Source: Eledone cirrhosa (taxonomy: Eukaryota). Taken from it: DNA of 64,000 nucleotides. The notes under the pieces are model-generated. The model worked only from the letters and a program-made list of their open reading frames with translations, did no database searches and was not told where the DNA came from. Made by a program: the position numbers and the translations under genes. Of this stretch, positions 25,756-39,207 are shown piece after piece; the first letter of the stretch is position 1, and each line of letters starts with the position of its first letter. The stretch covers positions 45,198,001 to 45,262,000 of the forward strand of contig OZ024744.1 in the NCBI GenBank assembly GCA_964016885.1. Direction: 5' to 3'.

Positions 25756-27104
25756 GTATGTATATATGTATATACGTATATATTTTTGTCTATATGTGTA
25801 TATAATTAAAATTATGGTTATGTTTATATATATATATCAAACAAAACACTATACACACACGCAAACGCATGCGCAGAGAAGACAAAAGAATAAACAAATA
25901 AATAAATAAATAAATAAACAGACTAAATAAAGATGGCCTAGGCATACAATGCAACGGGAGGAAACATAATAGCACCACTGACGATGTTGCAGATGTGCAA
26001 CAAAAGAACTTTGTTAGACTATATATATGTGTTTGTGTCTATATTTTTGACCGTTGGTCAGTTAATGGTAACATTGAGGACCGAATAAATTAAATTAACT
26101 GATATAAAGGAGGCAGAAGCGAAAACCAACCAAACAGTGAGTGTGTTCTGTTATTAATTCTGGCAATATTATTACACAAATATGACCCTCCCCAAGTATA
26201 ACAATATTTATACATATATATACATATCACGATAAATTAACGGAGGCATAGGCCCTCGTTATTCCCTGTAAATAATGTGCTCAAAGGAGAAGAGATCCTG
26301 AGCTCTTTAAAATACAATATGTTGAAAACGTAACACACCAGAGAGAGATATACAGCGCGTTATCAATAAAACAGGGGAAAAAACCACCAGTGTATGGAAT
26401 CTATAACCTATGAAAGGCAGACTATAGACACGATAATTAAAAATATAAATTAAAGCGTAAATAAATACCTCGATAACTATATAACACACGTACAAATCCA
26501 AATACACTAATCCAAAGATATGTTTCACCAATAATTTGTAAAAAGAAATGGGTTAGTCTCGGTTCATCAGCGTGTGTAAGGCTATACATTTCAGACAACA
26601 CTAAGCGAATTTTAAAATTGACTGTCCAGCTACACGTGGGAGAGAGAAGTCACAGCGTGTTTAAGGGCAGTGAACCAGTGGCCTCTGAGAGACGAACTGC
26701 TAGAAACGGCAGCCCGAAGCCACTCAGAGAAGTGTGCTCAACCAAACAGAGGTAGGAAAGACTGTTATGATTATATATATATATATAATTTAAAGTATAG
26801 AAATTGTTGTGAGCGTGAAGCCAACAGTATTTCATAAAATATAAGTGACTATAACGTCAAGATGAAAAAATAGTTAACGTAAATTCATACGAAAAGTAAA
26901 TTGACAATATCTTCTTCTTCACCCACTTATTTCTGAGAGGGTTGTGGGGGCAGTTTCACTTTCCTTTGTATATTTTATATTTGTTAATGTTTTCGTTCTG
27001 TAACCATTATATTAAAGGAGTTTTTAAAAAGAGAGTTAATATATAAATAAAACGTTATACTTGTATTACCCTCCCATTTCCTCTTCACCGAACGCTATCA
27101 TGAC

Positions 27105-27890
27105 TGTATGTGTGTGTAAATGTATATGTTTGAATGTATGTATGTTTGTGTGAAAGTATGTGTGAATGTATGTATGTTTGTGTAAATGTATATGTATGAA
27201 TGTATGTATATTTGTGTAAATGTATATGTATGAATGTATTTATATATGTGTGAAAGTATGTATATTTGTGTGAAAGTATGTGTGAATGTATGTATATTTG
27301 TGTGAAAGTATATGTGAATGTATGTATATTTGTGTGAAAGTATGAGTGAAAGTATGTATATTTGTGTGAATGTATATGTGAATGTATGTATGTTTGTGTG
27401 AATGTATGTATATTTGTGTGAAAGTTTGTGTAAATATATGTATATTTGTGTGAAACTATGTGTGAATGTATGTATATTTCTGTGAAAGTACGTGTGAATG
27501 TATGTATATTTGTGTGAAAGTATGTGTGAATGTATGTATGTTTGTCTGAAAGTACGTGTGAATGTATGTATATTTGTGTGAAAGTACGTGTGAATGTATG
27601 CATATTTGTGTGAAAGTATGTGTGAATGTATGTACATTTGTGTGAAAGTATGTATATTTGTGTGGATGTATGTATGTTTGTGTGAAAGTATGTGTGAATG
27701 TATGTGTGTATGTATGTGTAAATGTATGTGTATTTGTGTGAAAGAATGTTTGAATGTATGTGTGAATGTATGAGTATTTGTGTTTATGTATGTATGTTTC
27801 TGTGAAAGTATGTGTGAATGTATGTATATTTGTGTGAAAGTATGTGTGAATGTATCTGTATTTGTGTGAATGTATCTGTATTTGTGTGAA
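27105..27890. repeat. Minisatellite, ~32-bp unit TGTGTGAAAGTATGTGTGAATGTATGTATATT (mirror ~39730-40440, fewer units)
   Basis: Visible periodicity; explains the His/Thr-rich ORFs at 27085-27637. Confidence 0.9.
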
Positions 27891-28410
27891 TTCTGTCCGT
27901 GAACGTCTATCTTTATAATTTTATGATTGCGCGATTATAGCTATATACTCATAATAGTTATATACTCATACGCGTCAGTGTGTAGAAAATCATAATCTCT
28001 CTATCTCTCTCATCACACACTCTCTTTTTCTATCTTTCTATATATATGGTAGTTGAAGTGGTGGTGGTGGCGACGATATACCGGAAATGCAACTTTGAAA
28101 AGAAGTCGATTTTAAATTATGTTTACGAAAATATTTGTTTACGAAATTAGTAGATAAATTATGTAATATTCATTAATTATTTATTCAAAGTAATCCAACT
28201 TATTTTACTAACTGGATTAAAAGAAATAAACCGTACGCAGTCCCGCAGACCTTCCTTTATTATAGTTTAGATAACCTGTTGTAATATAATAAAATAAAAT
28301 ATACTTGCGACCCTAATTATTCATAAAATATACTTATAAATATTATCTCTATAACCCTTAAAATATATATAATAAAATGAATATGATTTTATAAAGATAG
28401 TTTCCATTTA

Positions 28411-28453
<43 letters not shown>

Positions 28454-28786
28454 GTAATAAATTTGAAGACCAAAATCCAAAGAGGGCTCAATAAGGATAA
28501 ATATGTATCAAATATATAAGAACCGTAGAGCAAATATTTATAAAAATAACAGATTAAAGTTTAAGCAAAGAATCGCTGCTTTCACCCTTAACGGGATCTT
28601 ATGAAACTAACAAAGTCAATCTGTGAACGCAGAAGTGAATATTTCAAAAACGTTGCAACCGGAGGAAGACAGAAAGACGATACTTTGGTTCGTGGAAACG
28701 TTCGCTGGCTAAGAACGGGAAAAAACGAATATAATACGTCATTATTTGGAGCGGTGAAAAACAATTACACGCAAAGACAGAACTGT

Positions 28787-28838
<52 letters not shown>

Positions 28839-28862
28839 GTAAACAGAAATAACAACACAATC

Positions 28863-30739
28863 CTGGCTTTTAAGTCCAGCATTAGATTTGCACGCTCTGC
28901 ACCAAATGTGACGGACAAAAAGTGTGTCCTCTATTGCATTTATTGGGTCAGTTTGTGGGATGTCATCCTTATGTGCCCTCATATGCCTTTTAAGACCAGA
29001 GATTGATTTGCACATCTTTTTGCACACCACACATGTTGTCTCAACTAGCATTGTAGGGATAGTTGGCGTTTCATGTGATTTTAAATGAGTGATATACCCA
29101 GATTTAGTGAGCAGTAAATGACCACACACCTCACAAATCTACCTCCCTGTGTTCTTATTGAGATTTATACTATGGCTTTTTCGAAGCTCACGTTTAAGCT
29201 TTTCATGACCAAGAGGTCTTTCTTCAAACATTCTGCAGCCTTCATTCACATGTCCTCTCCATTTACCCCTCTTTAAAGCAAACATTTCCCAGTTATGAAC
29301 TTCAAACTGTAGATCTTTAAGGTTGTTTTTGTGCAATCCTTATATCTTTTTCATGGTTTGTGCTGAAGGCGTTTCCCAGTGTGCAATTGACTGTAAAATA
29401 TTTGTTTTGGGAGTCTTTTCTCATTCATGCGAACAACATGGCCTTCCTAGCGTATTTGAGAGGATATGGATGTAGATTCAATGCTCGTGCAACTAGCATC
29501 TATAAGGATTTGAGTGTCCGGTATTTTTGTTACCATTTGATATTTAAGATTCGTCTTAAACGCTTTTGATTAAAGTGTTCAAGCAGTTAAGGTGTCTACG
29601 ATATACTGTCCACGTTTCGGAAGAGTACAACAGACCACTCAGAATGTAGACTTTGTACACACTAATCTTGGTCTTGATAATGATGCCATGATCCGCCCAC
29701 ACTCGCATTTCAAGTTTTTCGAAGGCTACAGAGGCCTTCTGAATGCGGAGGTGTATTTCTGCATCCAGTTAACCATCCGTTGATAATGCACTACTCAGTT
29801 AAACGAAAGTGTCAACTACACCCAACCTAATTCCATGCATCATCATATTTGGCTCAATGTATGCTTCTCCTGGTGATGGGGTGAATATTACCTTGGTCTC
29901 TTTTAGATTAATTTTCATATCAAAGACATTACATGAACCTGCAAAACAATCCATGTCATCTTGAGAGTGAGCTAAAAAGACAACATCATCTCCATACAGG
30001 AGTACTTTAATTAATATTTGGAACACCATGGACTTGAAATTGAACCTTCTTAGGTCAACATTCTTCCTAACTTGCAATAGAATACCCTTTGCACAGTCCT
30101 AGAATGCATGAGTCAGCATCACAGCAAAAACTATTGAAAACAGCTTCACGTCATCATCAACTGGGATTTCATTGGACAATTCTCCATTCAAGACAACCAG
30201 CCTTCATATTTCTGTGCAGTCCGACGAACATATCAATAAATTTGAGTGGGGACCCTAATATCTTCCACAGTTCCCCTCTGTTCACCGTATCAAAGGCCTT
30301 TGTCAGATCAACAAAACCTGATACAGAGCAACCCCTGCTCAATACATTTCTCCTGAACCTGCCTTGCAGAGAACATCATATCAATCGTCCCTCTGCCAGA
30401 TCTAAAGCTACTTTGTGATTCATGGATTACTGTAGGACAAATGTTCTCTATCAATCTGTTCAACAATAATCTAGCAAGAACTTTGTCCACAGACTCCAAC
30501 AGAGTGATGCCATGGTAGTGATCACAGATTCCTTAATCCTCTTTAGCTTTAAACGAGGTCACCAAGATACCATCTATCCAATCTTGTGGTATAGGAACTC
30601 CAGCCCAACCCTCTGTGATGAGATGGAGTATTGTTTGTGTTATGTTTTTATCACCAACCTTTAACAATTCCACAGGGATTCCACCCGTGTTTAACTGATT
30701 GGTGGTAATTTTAACTTCATTACAATCTGGTAATCGTTC
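28863..30739 (-). pseudogene. Decayed RTE-like LINE, RT plus C-terminal C2H2 zinc fingers
   Basis: ESQSSFRSGRGTIDMMF, FVDLTKAFDTV, LLYGDD; C..C..H..H fingers (CVVCKKMCKSISGLKRHMRAH). Confidence 0.85.
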
Positions 30740-31020
30740 TGTTGTATTCCTCTCGGTACTCGCAGAGAAAACACAACGAGTTATATCAAATAATTTGTGT
30801 ATTGTACGAAACAACCAAAACGCCCCTCCTCACAGTAGCAGAATAACATAAAGTAAGTCACCGCAGCAGTCTGTGACCGAGTTTTTAATACCAACGCTGA
30901 CTGACTGCCCAGGTCACGTGATTCATATGCAAATGTGTGAGCACGTATAAATTGAATAAAACGAATTTCACAGTCCATACAACAATGAGGTTGTGAGTTC
31001 GATTCCCAGTCCATACAACA
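30740..31020 (-). repeat. Gypsy 3' LTR (281 bp)
   Basis: TGTTGTAT...ATACAACA terminal inverted repeats; PPT (GGTGGGGAGG on minus) at 31021-31030. Confidence 0.88.
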
Positions 31021-31224
31021 CCTCCCCACCGAAATTGATGCAACAAAAGAAGCATCAACAGCAAAGTCTCTCTGGGGGTTTACGAGTTCACTTGGACCGT
31101 CTTCGATTGTCTGGTCCATACTCTGGAACGGGCAACAAGGTCTTGGGTCTGGTCTGTCTTGGAGTTAGTGACACGATTTCCGAGATCTCCATCGGGTGAT
31201 CTGTTGCAAATTCAAAAACAGTGT

Positions 31225-34200
31225 CTACTGCATCACCAAGTTGTCTTCCTCAGCAGTGTACCGCGGTCGCAGCTGTTCCCAGTGTCGTCTCCACACCGGG
31301 CCATGAGGTATAACCTTAACGTTGAAGCAGCGAGTACCCAATGACTTCTTAATGATTGCTGGTACCCATCGGGGATCTTTGTCTCGGCGAGGTCCGTAGT
31401 ACAGTGCATACACAGGATCTCCAGCCTTGTACTGCCTGGTAACCTTAGCGACACCTGCCGAGTCCGGAGTCATCTGAGACTTATGTGCTTCCTTAGACTG
31501 CTTGCCTTGAGCGATGTGTGCTGGCGAGGGCAGCAGAGAATCAATCCTTGTCCGTATCTGCCGGTGATTCAAAAGTTCACTCGGAGAGAATCCACTGGAT
31601 GTCGGTGTTCTCCGGTACTGCATCAAGAACTCTTGAAGTGCTCGCTTCGGCGGAAGAGAAGTCTTCCTCAGAGCTTGTTTGAAAGTCTGCACCAAACGTT
31701 CCGCTGCTCCGTTGGTAGCTGGGTGGTAAGGTGCCCCTGTCAGGTGCGTGATCCCACGTTCTTTGCACCAGCTCTGGAACTCCTCAGAAATAAAAGTTGG
31801 TGCGTTATCGGTGACTAGCGTGTGAGGAAATCCGAAGTGCGCAAAGTCTTCTTCAAGCAGATCTAAAGTGGCTCTGGAGGACATGGATGACGTAGGATGA
31901 ATGCATGGATACTTGGAATAAGCATCCGTGATCACCAACCAATTACTGCCCATGAAATTTATTGCGTGGTCCAGGTGAAAGCGGCTCCACGGCTTTTCAG
32001 GTAACATCCATGGGTGAACTGGAGACTTGGATGGCTGGTTTTGATGTTCATCACACGAATCACATTGTCGACTGGTTTTCTCTATAGCAGCATCGATACC
32101 AGGCCAATAAACAGCAGTTCTTGCCAATTGTTTCATGCGCTCCATGCCAAAGTGTCCGAGATGCAGAAGATTGAGGATCTTTGGCTGTAAGCTATGTGGA
32201 ATCACAACTCTCGATCCATGGATAAGGCATCCGTGGCAGATATTGAGTGAATCCGATAACTTCCGGAACTTATTGACTTCGTCATTGATCTCAGTATTCT
32301 TTGGTGGCCAGCCTTCACGGACGTAGCGTATCACTGTAGATATCACTGGATCTTTCCCTGACTCTTGACGGAGGACGTTAGCATCGATAGGCTGGACTTG
32401 AAGACTGAGAGCTTTGATGGCGCACACCATGTCCATGTCTTCACCATTTTCCTTCCTGTCGAAGTCGATGTCATTACCAAATGGCAAGCGACTGAGGGCA
32501 TCTGCATTGCCATGATCCGCTGTTTTCCGATATTCGATGGTGTAGTCAAACTGGTTCAACCACAGGGCCCACCGTGCTAGTCGGTTAGCAGCGAGAAGTG
32601 GCGTCCCTTTCCTCGGACTGAACAGTGATGTCAGTGGCTTGTGGTCAGTTACGAGTATAAACTGATGTCCGTACAGATACTGATAGAACTTCTGCAAGCC
32701 AAATATGATGGCCAGGGCTTCCTTTTGAATTTGGCCGTATTTCCGCTGTGCAGAAGTAAGAGTCTTGGACACATTGGATATTGGGCGCTCGCTTCCATCA
32801 GGATAGCGATGAAACAGGACTGCTCCAATACCAACGTTTGACGCGTCGCAAGCCAGTCCCAAAGTTTTGTTTGGATCGAAGTGTATCAGAACTCGATCCG
32901 ATGAAAGCACATTTTTCGACTGATCAAAAGCTGACTGTTCTTCATCTCCCCACTTCCAAGTAGTCGTTTTTTTCGTAAGGCAATAGAGTGGCTCTGCCAT
33001 GCTGGCCAGGTTTGGGATAAACTTTCCATAGAACTGAACTGAACCCAGGAAAGACTTCAAGCTTGAGACGTTCGTTGGAGGTGGCATCTTTAAAACTGCT
33101 TCGACCTTGGATCCCTTCGCGATCCCTTCAGCCGACAAGGTGTGTCCAAGGTATTCCACACTGGGTAGTGCAAACTGGCACTTGTCACGGCGACATCTGA
33201 GTCCTTTGTCGCACAGACGTGTGAGCAGACATTTTAGGTTGTTCAGGTGATCGTTTGCATCTTTCCCACTGACGAGCATCTCGTCCTGGAAGACGGCCAC
33301 ACCAGGTAGATCTTGAGTCAGGTTTTCCATGATCTCCCGAAAGTAACCAGGTGCTGACTTGATTCCGAAAGGGAGTCATTCCTGCAGGAGCACCCCATGG
33401 AGAGTGCTGAGTGCAAGCCTGCGTTGACTTTCTGGAGCCAGCTTGATCTGATTATAGGCATCAGCAAGATCAATCTTTGTGTATCCGAATCCACCTCCGA
33501 GCTTCTGCATCAGTTCCTCTGGGAGTGGCATTGGATGACGATGATCTGCAAGTTGGTCATTAATTCCCACAGAGTAGTCACCACAAATCCGTAGTTTGGG
33601 CTTCAGGTTGCCTGAAGTATGTGCTTTACGAATCTGTACCACTGGCGTTCCGTATTCGTTGAACTGTACTGGCTTCCAGATTCCTTTGGCGTTGCCTTCT
33701 TCGTAACCTTTGGCCAGGTCATCACGTAGAGCAAACGGGACCGCGCGTGCCTTGTGAAAGACCGGTGTCACGTCCGACTTGAACTTCACTTCCAGTTCGA
33801 AGTCATTAAGACATCCAAATTCTTGCTTGAAGAGATCTGGGAATTCATCACACATGTTGTGACAATCTCGTTGCATGGAAATATAGGGCTCATTTGAGGT
33901 CTTTGGATGCATCACTTCTGCACCCTCACTCTTGGCCTGGCTGTCTATGCTTTTCAATCCTAGAGTATTGTCCACGGAAATTCCCAGAGTCTGGATAGCG
34001 TTTCGTCCCAGCAAATTAAGATCAGGGATCTTGGTGACGATGTAGGGTATTGAATTCCGTTTACCGGTCGTTGGATCCTTGGTTTGGCCCATGAAAGTTC
34101 CCAGAACGGGCAAGTCGTGCTTGCTGGCAGATTCAAACCGATGTTTGACATCTTGCAGCTTCGGTTTTCCTAATTGTTTCCAAACTGACAAGGAAACAAA

Positions 34201-35131
34201 GTTGCCTGTAGTAGCTGTGTCCAATTCCATTGTGAAAAGTCTGTTCTGGATTGTTATTGGCACATTCAAACTATGAGTATCGTGGGGAACTTCACCAAGG
34301 ATCGCCTTGACTAGCTCAGCTTTCGTGATTCTTTTCACGTAATTCTGTGAGCGATGATTACGTTGCTGATGTTGTTTCTTTCTACACACCGCTTGCAAAT
34401 GTCCCTTTTTGTCACAAAAATGACATTTGGCTTCTTTGAAGGGGGGGCAGTCTGTCGCTTTGTGGGCCTTTCCACATCGGTAGCACATCTCCTGGTCTGT
34501 GGAATAAGACTGCTGATGGTTCTTTCGAGGACCCTTGTTCTTGTTCTGCTGGACCTTGTAGACTTGCTTGGTTTTGGAACCGTAAACAGTTTCCTTGGTA
34601 ACCTTTGCTGCGTCTTCGGTCCCGATGGAAACTTGGACAGCACGGGCGAAATCTAGTTCTGTATCCTTGATCTTGAAAATAGCCTTCAACACAGCTTCAT
34701 TATTGACAGAACATATAAATCTCTGTCTTAGAGCTTCATCTTGTGGATTTGTGATCGAAGGAAAATCACAGGTAGTTGCATCCTGACGTATGCGTGCTGC
34801 CAGCTCCTGGAGAGTTTCGCCTGGCTTCCGTTGCATGTCACTCCAGAACTTGAAACGTTCTCTCACAATGAAAAGTTTTGGGTCGAACTGTTCTTTCATG
34901 AAGTCAACAATTTCGTCCATTGTCAACTTGTTGATATCCTTAGGCGGATTTTGTTGAGCAGCCAGATTTGCAAGTTGTTTGTAGATAGCAGCCGTCTGAT
35001 TAGTCAGGAACACTTGTGCCATGCGTTGCTCGGGTACAGCGTTAGCAGCCACAAACGTGCAGAATCTTGACCAGTAATCAGGCCATAGTTCTGTTGTTGA
35101 ATCAAAAGCAGCAAATGGTGGGATGAATGCT
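31225..35131 (-). mobile_element. Gypsy (Mag-like) gag-pol, 5'-truncated, single frame with one premature stop
   Basis: Two CCHC knuckles (CYRCGKAHKATDC, CHFCDKKGHLQAVC), protease LDTA, RT (RICGDY, KIDLADAY, FQDE), RNase H (CDAS, TDHKPL), integrase (HLGH, TDN, GAAERLV). TGA at 33376-33378 lies in frame between the two ORFs. No 5' LTR or PBS. Confidence 0.95.
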
Positions 35132-35390
35132 GAAAAAACAACATAAAGACTGGTTTGATGATAATAATCAGGTTATCAACCAACTGTTAAAGAAAAAACA
35201 TGCTCTGCCTAAAAATGCTTCTGGAAGAGTACCCTATGAATTTAACTACTATTAAAAAGACATATAAAGAATATAAAGCCACCTTAGAACGTGAGCAAAA
35301 AAGCCTTAAAAATAAATGGTGGTTGAAGATCTCTGAAGATATTCAAATTGCTTATAGCGCAAAGTATTCAAAACTGTTTTATAGTCTTTT
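35132..35390 (+). pseudogene. Orphan upstream fragment of an RTE-like LINE in the palindrome spacer
   Basis: KKQHKDWFDDNNQVINQLLKKKH...LKNKWWLKISEDIQ...KLFYSLL, the linker region that precedes the RT in RTE-like ORFs. Confidence 0.7.
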
Positions 35391-36843
35391 GCTTACAGCC
35401 AAAGATCCTCAATCTTCTGCATCTCGGACACTTTGGCATGGAGCGCATGAAACAATTGGCAAGAACTGCTGTTTATTGGCCTGGTATCGATGCTGCTATA
35501 GAGAAAACCAGTCGACAATGTGATTCGTGTGATGAACATCAAAACCAGCCATCCAAGTCTCCAGTTCACCCATGGATGTTACCTGAAAAGCCGTGGAGCC
35601 CCTTTCACCTGGACCACGCAATAAATTTCATGGGCAGTAATTGGTTGGTGATCACGGATGCTTATTCCAAGTATCCATGCATTCATCCTACGTCATCCAT
35701 GTCCTCCAGAGCCACTTTAGATCTGCTTGAAGAAGACTTTGCGCACTTCGGATTTCCTCACACGCTAGTCACCGATAACGCACCAACTTTTATTTCTGAG
35801 GAGTTCCAGAGCTGGTGCAAAGAACGTGGGATCACGCACCTGACAGGGGCACCTTACCACCCAGCTACCAACGGAGCAGCGGAACGTTTGGTGCAGACTT
35901 TCAAACAAGCTCTGAGGAAGACTTCTCTTCCGCCGAAGCGAGCACTTCAAGAGTTCTTGATGCAGTACCGGAGAACACCGACATCCAGTGGATTATCTCC
36001 GAGTGAACTTTTGAATCACCGGCAGATACGGACAAGGATTGATTCTCTGCTGCCCTCGCCAGCACACATCGCTCAAGGCAAGCAGTCTAAGGAAGCACAT
36101 AAGTCTCAGATGACTCCGGACTCGGCAGGTGTCGCTAAGGTTACCAGGCAGTACAAGGCTGGAGATCCTGTGTATGCACTGTACTACGGACCTCGCCGAG
36201 ACAAAGATCCCCGATGGGTACCAGCAATCATTAAGAAGTCATTGGGTACTCGCTGCTTCAACGTTAAGGTTATACCTCATGGCCCGGTGTGGAGACGACA
36301 CTGGGAACAGCTGCGACCGCGGTACACTGCTGAGGAAGACAACTTGGTGATGCAGTAGACACTGTTTTTGAATTTGCAACAGATCACCCGATGGAGATCT
36401 CGGAAATCGTGTCACTAACTCCAAGACAGACCAGACCCAAGACCTTGTTGCCCGTTCCAGAGTATGGACCAGACAATCGAAGACGGTCCAAGAGAACTCG
36501 TAAACCCCCAGAGAGACTTTGCTGTTGATGCTTCTTTTGTTGCATCAATTTCGGTGGGGAGGTGTTGTATGGACTGGGAATCGAACTCACAACCTCATTG
36601 TTGTATGGACTGTGAAATTCGTTTTATTCAATTTATACGTGCTCACACATTTGCATATGAATCACGTGACCTGGGCAGTCAGTCAGCGTTGGTATTAAAA
36701 ACTCGGTCACAGACTGCTGCGGTGACTTACTTTATGTTATTCTGCTACTGTGAGGAGGGGCGTTTTGGTTGTTTCGTACAATACACAAATTATTTGATAT
36801 AACTCGTTGTGTTTTCTCTGCGAGTACCGAGAGGAATACAACA
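35391..36843 (+). mobile_element. Gypsy integrase, PPT and 3' LTR (right-arm copy; LTR 36563-36843)
   Basis: Mirror of 30740-32192; PPT 36553-36562. Confidence 0.93.
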
Positions 36844-38721
36844 GAACGATTACCAGATTGTAATGAAGTTAAAATTACCACCAATCAGTTAAACACGGGT
36901 GGAATCCCTGTGGAATTGTTAAAGGTTGGTGATAAAAACATAACACAAACAATACTCCATCTCATCACAGAGGGTTGGGCTGGAGTTCCTATACCACAAG
37001 ATTGGATAGATGGTATCTTGGTGACCTTGTTTAAAGCTAAAGAGGATTAAGGAATATGTGATCACTACCATGGCATCACTCTGTTGGAGTCTGTGGACAA
37101 AGTTCTTGCTAGATTATTGTTGAACAGATTGATAGAGAACATTTGTCCTACAGTAATCCATGAATCACAAAGTAGCTTTAGATCTGGCAGAGGGACGATT
37201 GATATGATGTTCTCTGCAAGGCAGATTCATGAGAAATGTATTGAGCAGGGGTTGCTCTGTATCAGGTTTTGTTGATCTGACAAAGGCCTTTGATACGGTG
37301 AACAGAGGGGAACTGTGGAAGATATTAGGGTCCCCACTCAAATTTATTGATATGTTCGTCGGACTGCACAGAAATATGAAGGCTGGGTTGTCTTGAATGG
37401 AGAATTGTCCAATGAAATCCCAGTTGATGATGACGTGAAGCTGTTTTCAATAGTTTTTGCTGTGATGCTGACTCATGCATTCTAGGACTGTGCAAAGGGT
37501 ATTCTATTGCAAGTTAGGACGAATTTTGACCTAAGAAGGTTCAATTTCAAGTCCATGGTGTTCCAAATATTAATTAAAGTACTCCTGTATGGAGATGATG
37601 TTGTCTTTTTAGCTCACTCTCAAGATGACATGGATTGTTTTGCAGGTTCATGTAATGTCTTTGATATGAAAATTAATCTAAAAGAGACCAAGGTAATATT
37701 CACCCCATCACCAGGAGAAGCATACATTGAGCCAAATATGATGATGCATGGAATTAGGTTGGGTGTAGTTGACACTTTCGTTTAACTGAGTAGTGCATTA
37801 TCAACGGATGGTTAACTGGATGCAGAAATACACCTCCGCATTCAGAAGGCCTCTGTAGCCTTCGAAAAACTTGAAATGCGAGTGTGGGCGGATCATGGCA
37901 TCATTATCAAGACCAAGATTAGTGTGTACAAAGTCTACATTCTGAGTGGTCTGTTGTACTCTTCCGAAACGTGGACAGTATATCGTAGACACCTTAACTG
38001 CTTGAACACTTTAATCAAAAGCGTTTAAGACGAATCCTAAATATCAAATGGTAACAAAAATACCGGACACTCAAATCCTTATAGATGCTAGTTGCACGAG
38101 CATTGAATCTACATCCATATCCTCTCAAATACGCTAGGAAGGCCATGTTGTTCGCATGAATGAGAAAAGACTCCCAAAACAAATATTTTACAGTCAATTG
38201 CACACTGGGAAACGCCTTCAGCACAAACCATGAAAAAGATATAAGGATTGCACAAAAACAACCTTAAAGATCTACAGTTTGAAGTTCATAACTGGGAAAT
38301 GTTTGCTTTAAAGAGGGGTAAATGGAGAGGACATGTGAATGAAGGCTGCAGAATGTTTGAAGAAAGACCTCTTGGTCATGAAAAGCTTAAACGTGAGCTT
38401 CGAAAAAGCCATAGTATAAATCTCAATAAGAACACAGGGAGGTAGATTTGTGAGGTGTGTGGTCATTTACTGCTCACTAAATCTGGGTATATCACTCATT
38501 TAAAATCACATGAAACGCCAACTATCCCTACAATGCTAGTTGAGACAACATGTGTGGTGTGCAAAAAGATGTGCAAATCAATCTCTGGTCTTAAAAGGCA
38601 TATGAGGGCACATAAGGATGACATCCCACAAACTGACCCAATAAATGCAATAGAGGACACACTTTTTGTCCGTCACATTTGGTGCAGAGCGTGCAAATCT
38701 AATGCTGGACTTAAAAGCCAG
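36844..38721 (+). pseudogene. Decayed RTE-like LINE, right-arm copy
   Basis: Mirror of 28863-30739; resumes directly after the Gypsy LTR. Confidence 0.85.
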
Positions 38722-38745
38722 GATTGTGTTGTTATTTCTGTTTAC

Positions 38746-38831
<86 letters not shown>

Positions 38832-39164
38832 ACAGTTCTGTCTTTGCGTGTAATTGTTTTTCACCGCTCCAAATAATGACGTATTATATTCGTTTTTTCC
38901 CGTTCTTAGCCAGCGAACGTTTCCACGAACCAAAGTATCGTCTTCCTGTCTTCCTCCGGTTGCAACGTTTTTGAAATATTCACTTCTGCGTTCACAGATT
39001 GACTTTGTTAGTTTCATAAGATCCCGTTAAGGGTGAAAGCAGCGATTCTTTGCTTAAACTTTAATCTGTTATTTTTATAAATATTTGCTCTACGGTTCTT
39101 ATATATTTGATACATATTTATCCTTATTGAGCCCTCTTTGGATTTTGGTCTTCAAATTTATTAC

Positions 39165-39207
<43 letters not shown>

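Noticed and set aside
27105-27890. CRISPR-like array
   Set aside because: Degenerate minisatellite with no unique spacers and no cas genes, in a eukaryotic context.
27900-28272. Helitron/Helentron-like non-autonomous element next to the minisatellite
   Set aside because: Only a short TCTA..TATAAT-type end resemblance; no convincing 3' hairpin plus CTRR was found.
33331-33378. Programmed stop read-through between gag and pol
   Set aside because: The TGA lies inside the RT domain where an Arg is expected before LPFG, which fits a CGA>TGA mutation.
35348-36358. 336-aa stand-alone integrase gene, possibly domesticated
   Set aside because: The start is a non-ATG codon in out-of-frame LINE sequence fused at the 35391 junction; the rest is almost identical to the Gypsy integrase in the left arm.
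31225-36358. Large DNA transposon, Polinton or DIRS-type element with long terminal inverted repeats
   Set aside because: The inverted arms consist of unrelated nested host-genome repeats. No transposase, DNA polymerase B or tyrosine recombinase was seen.
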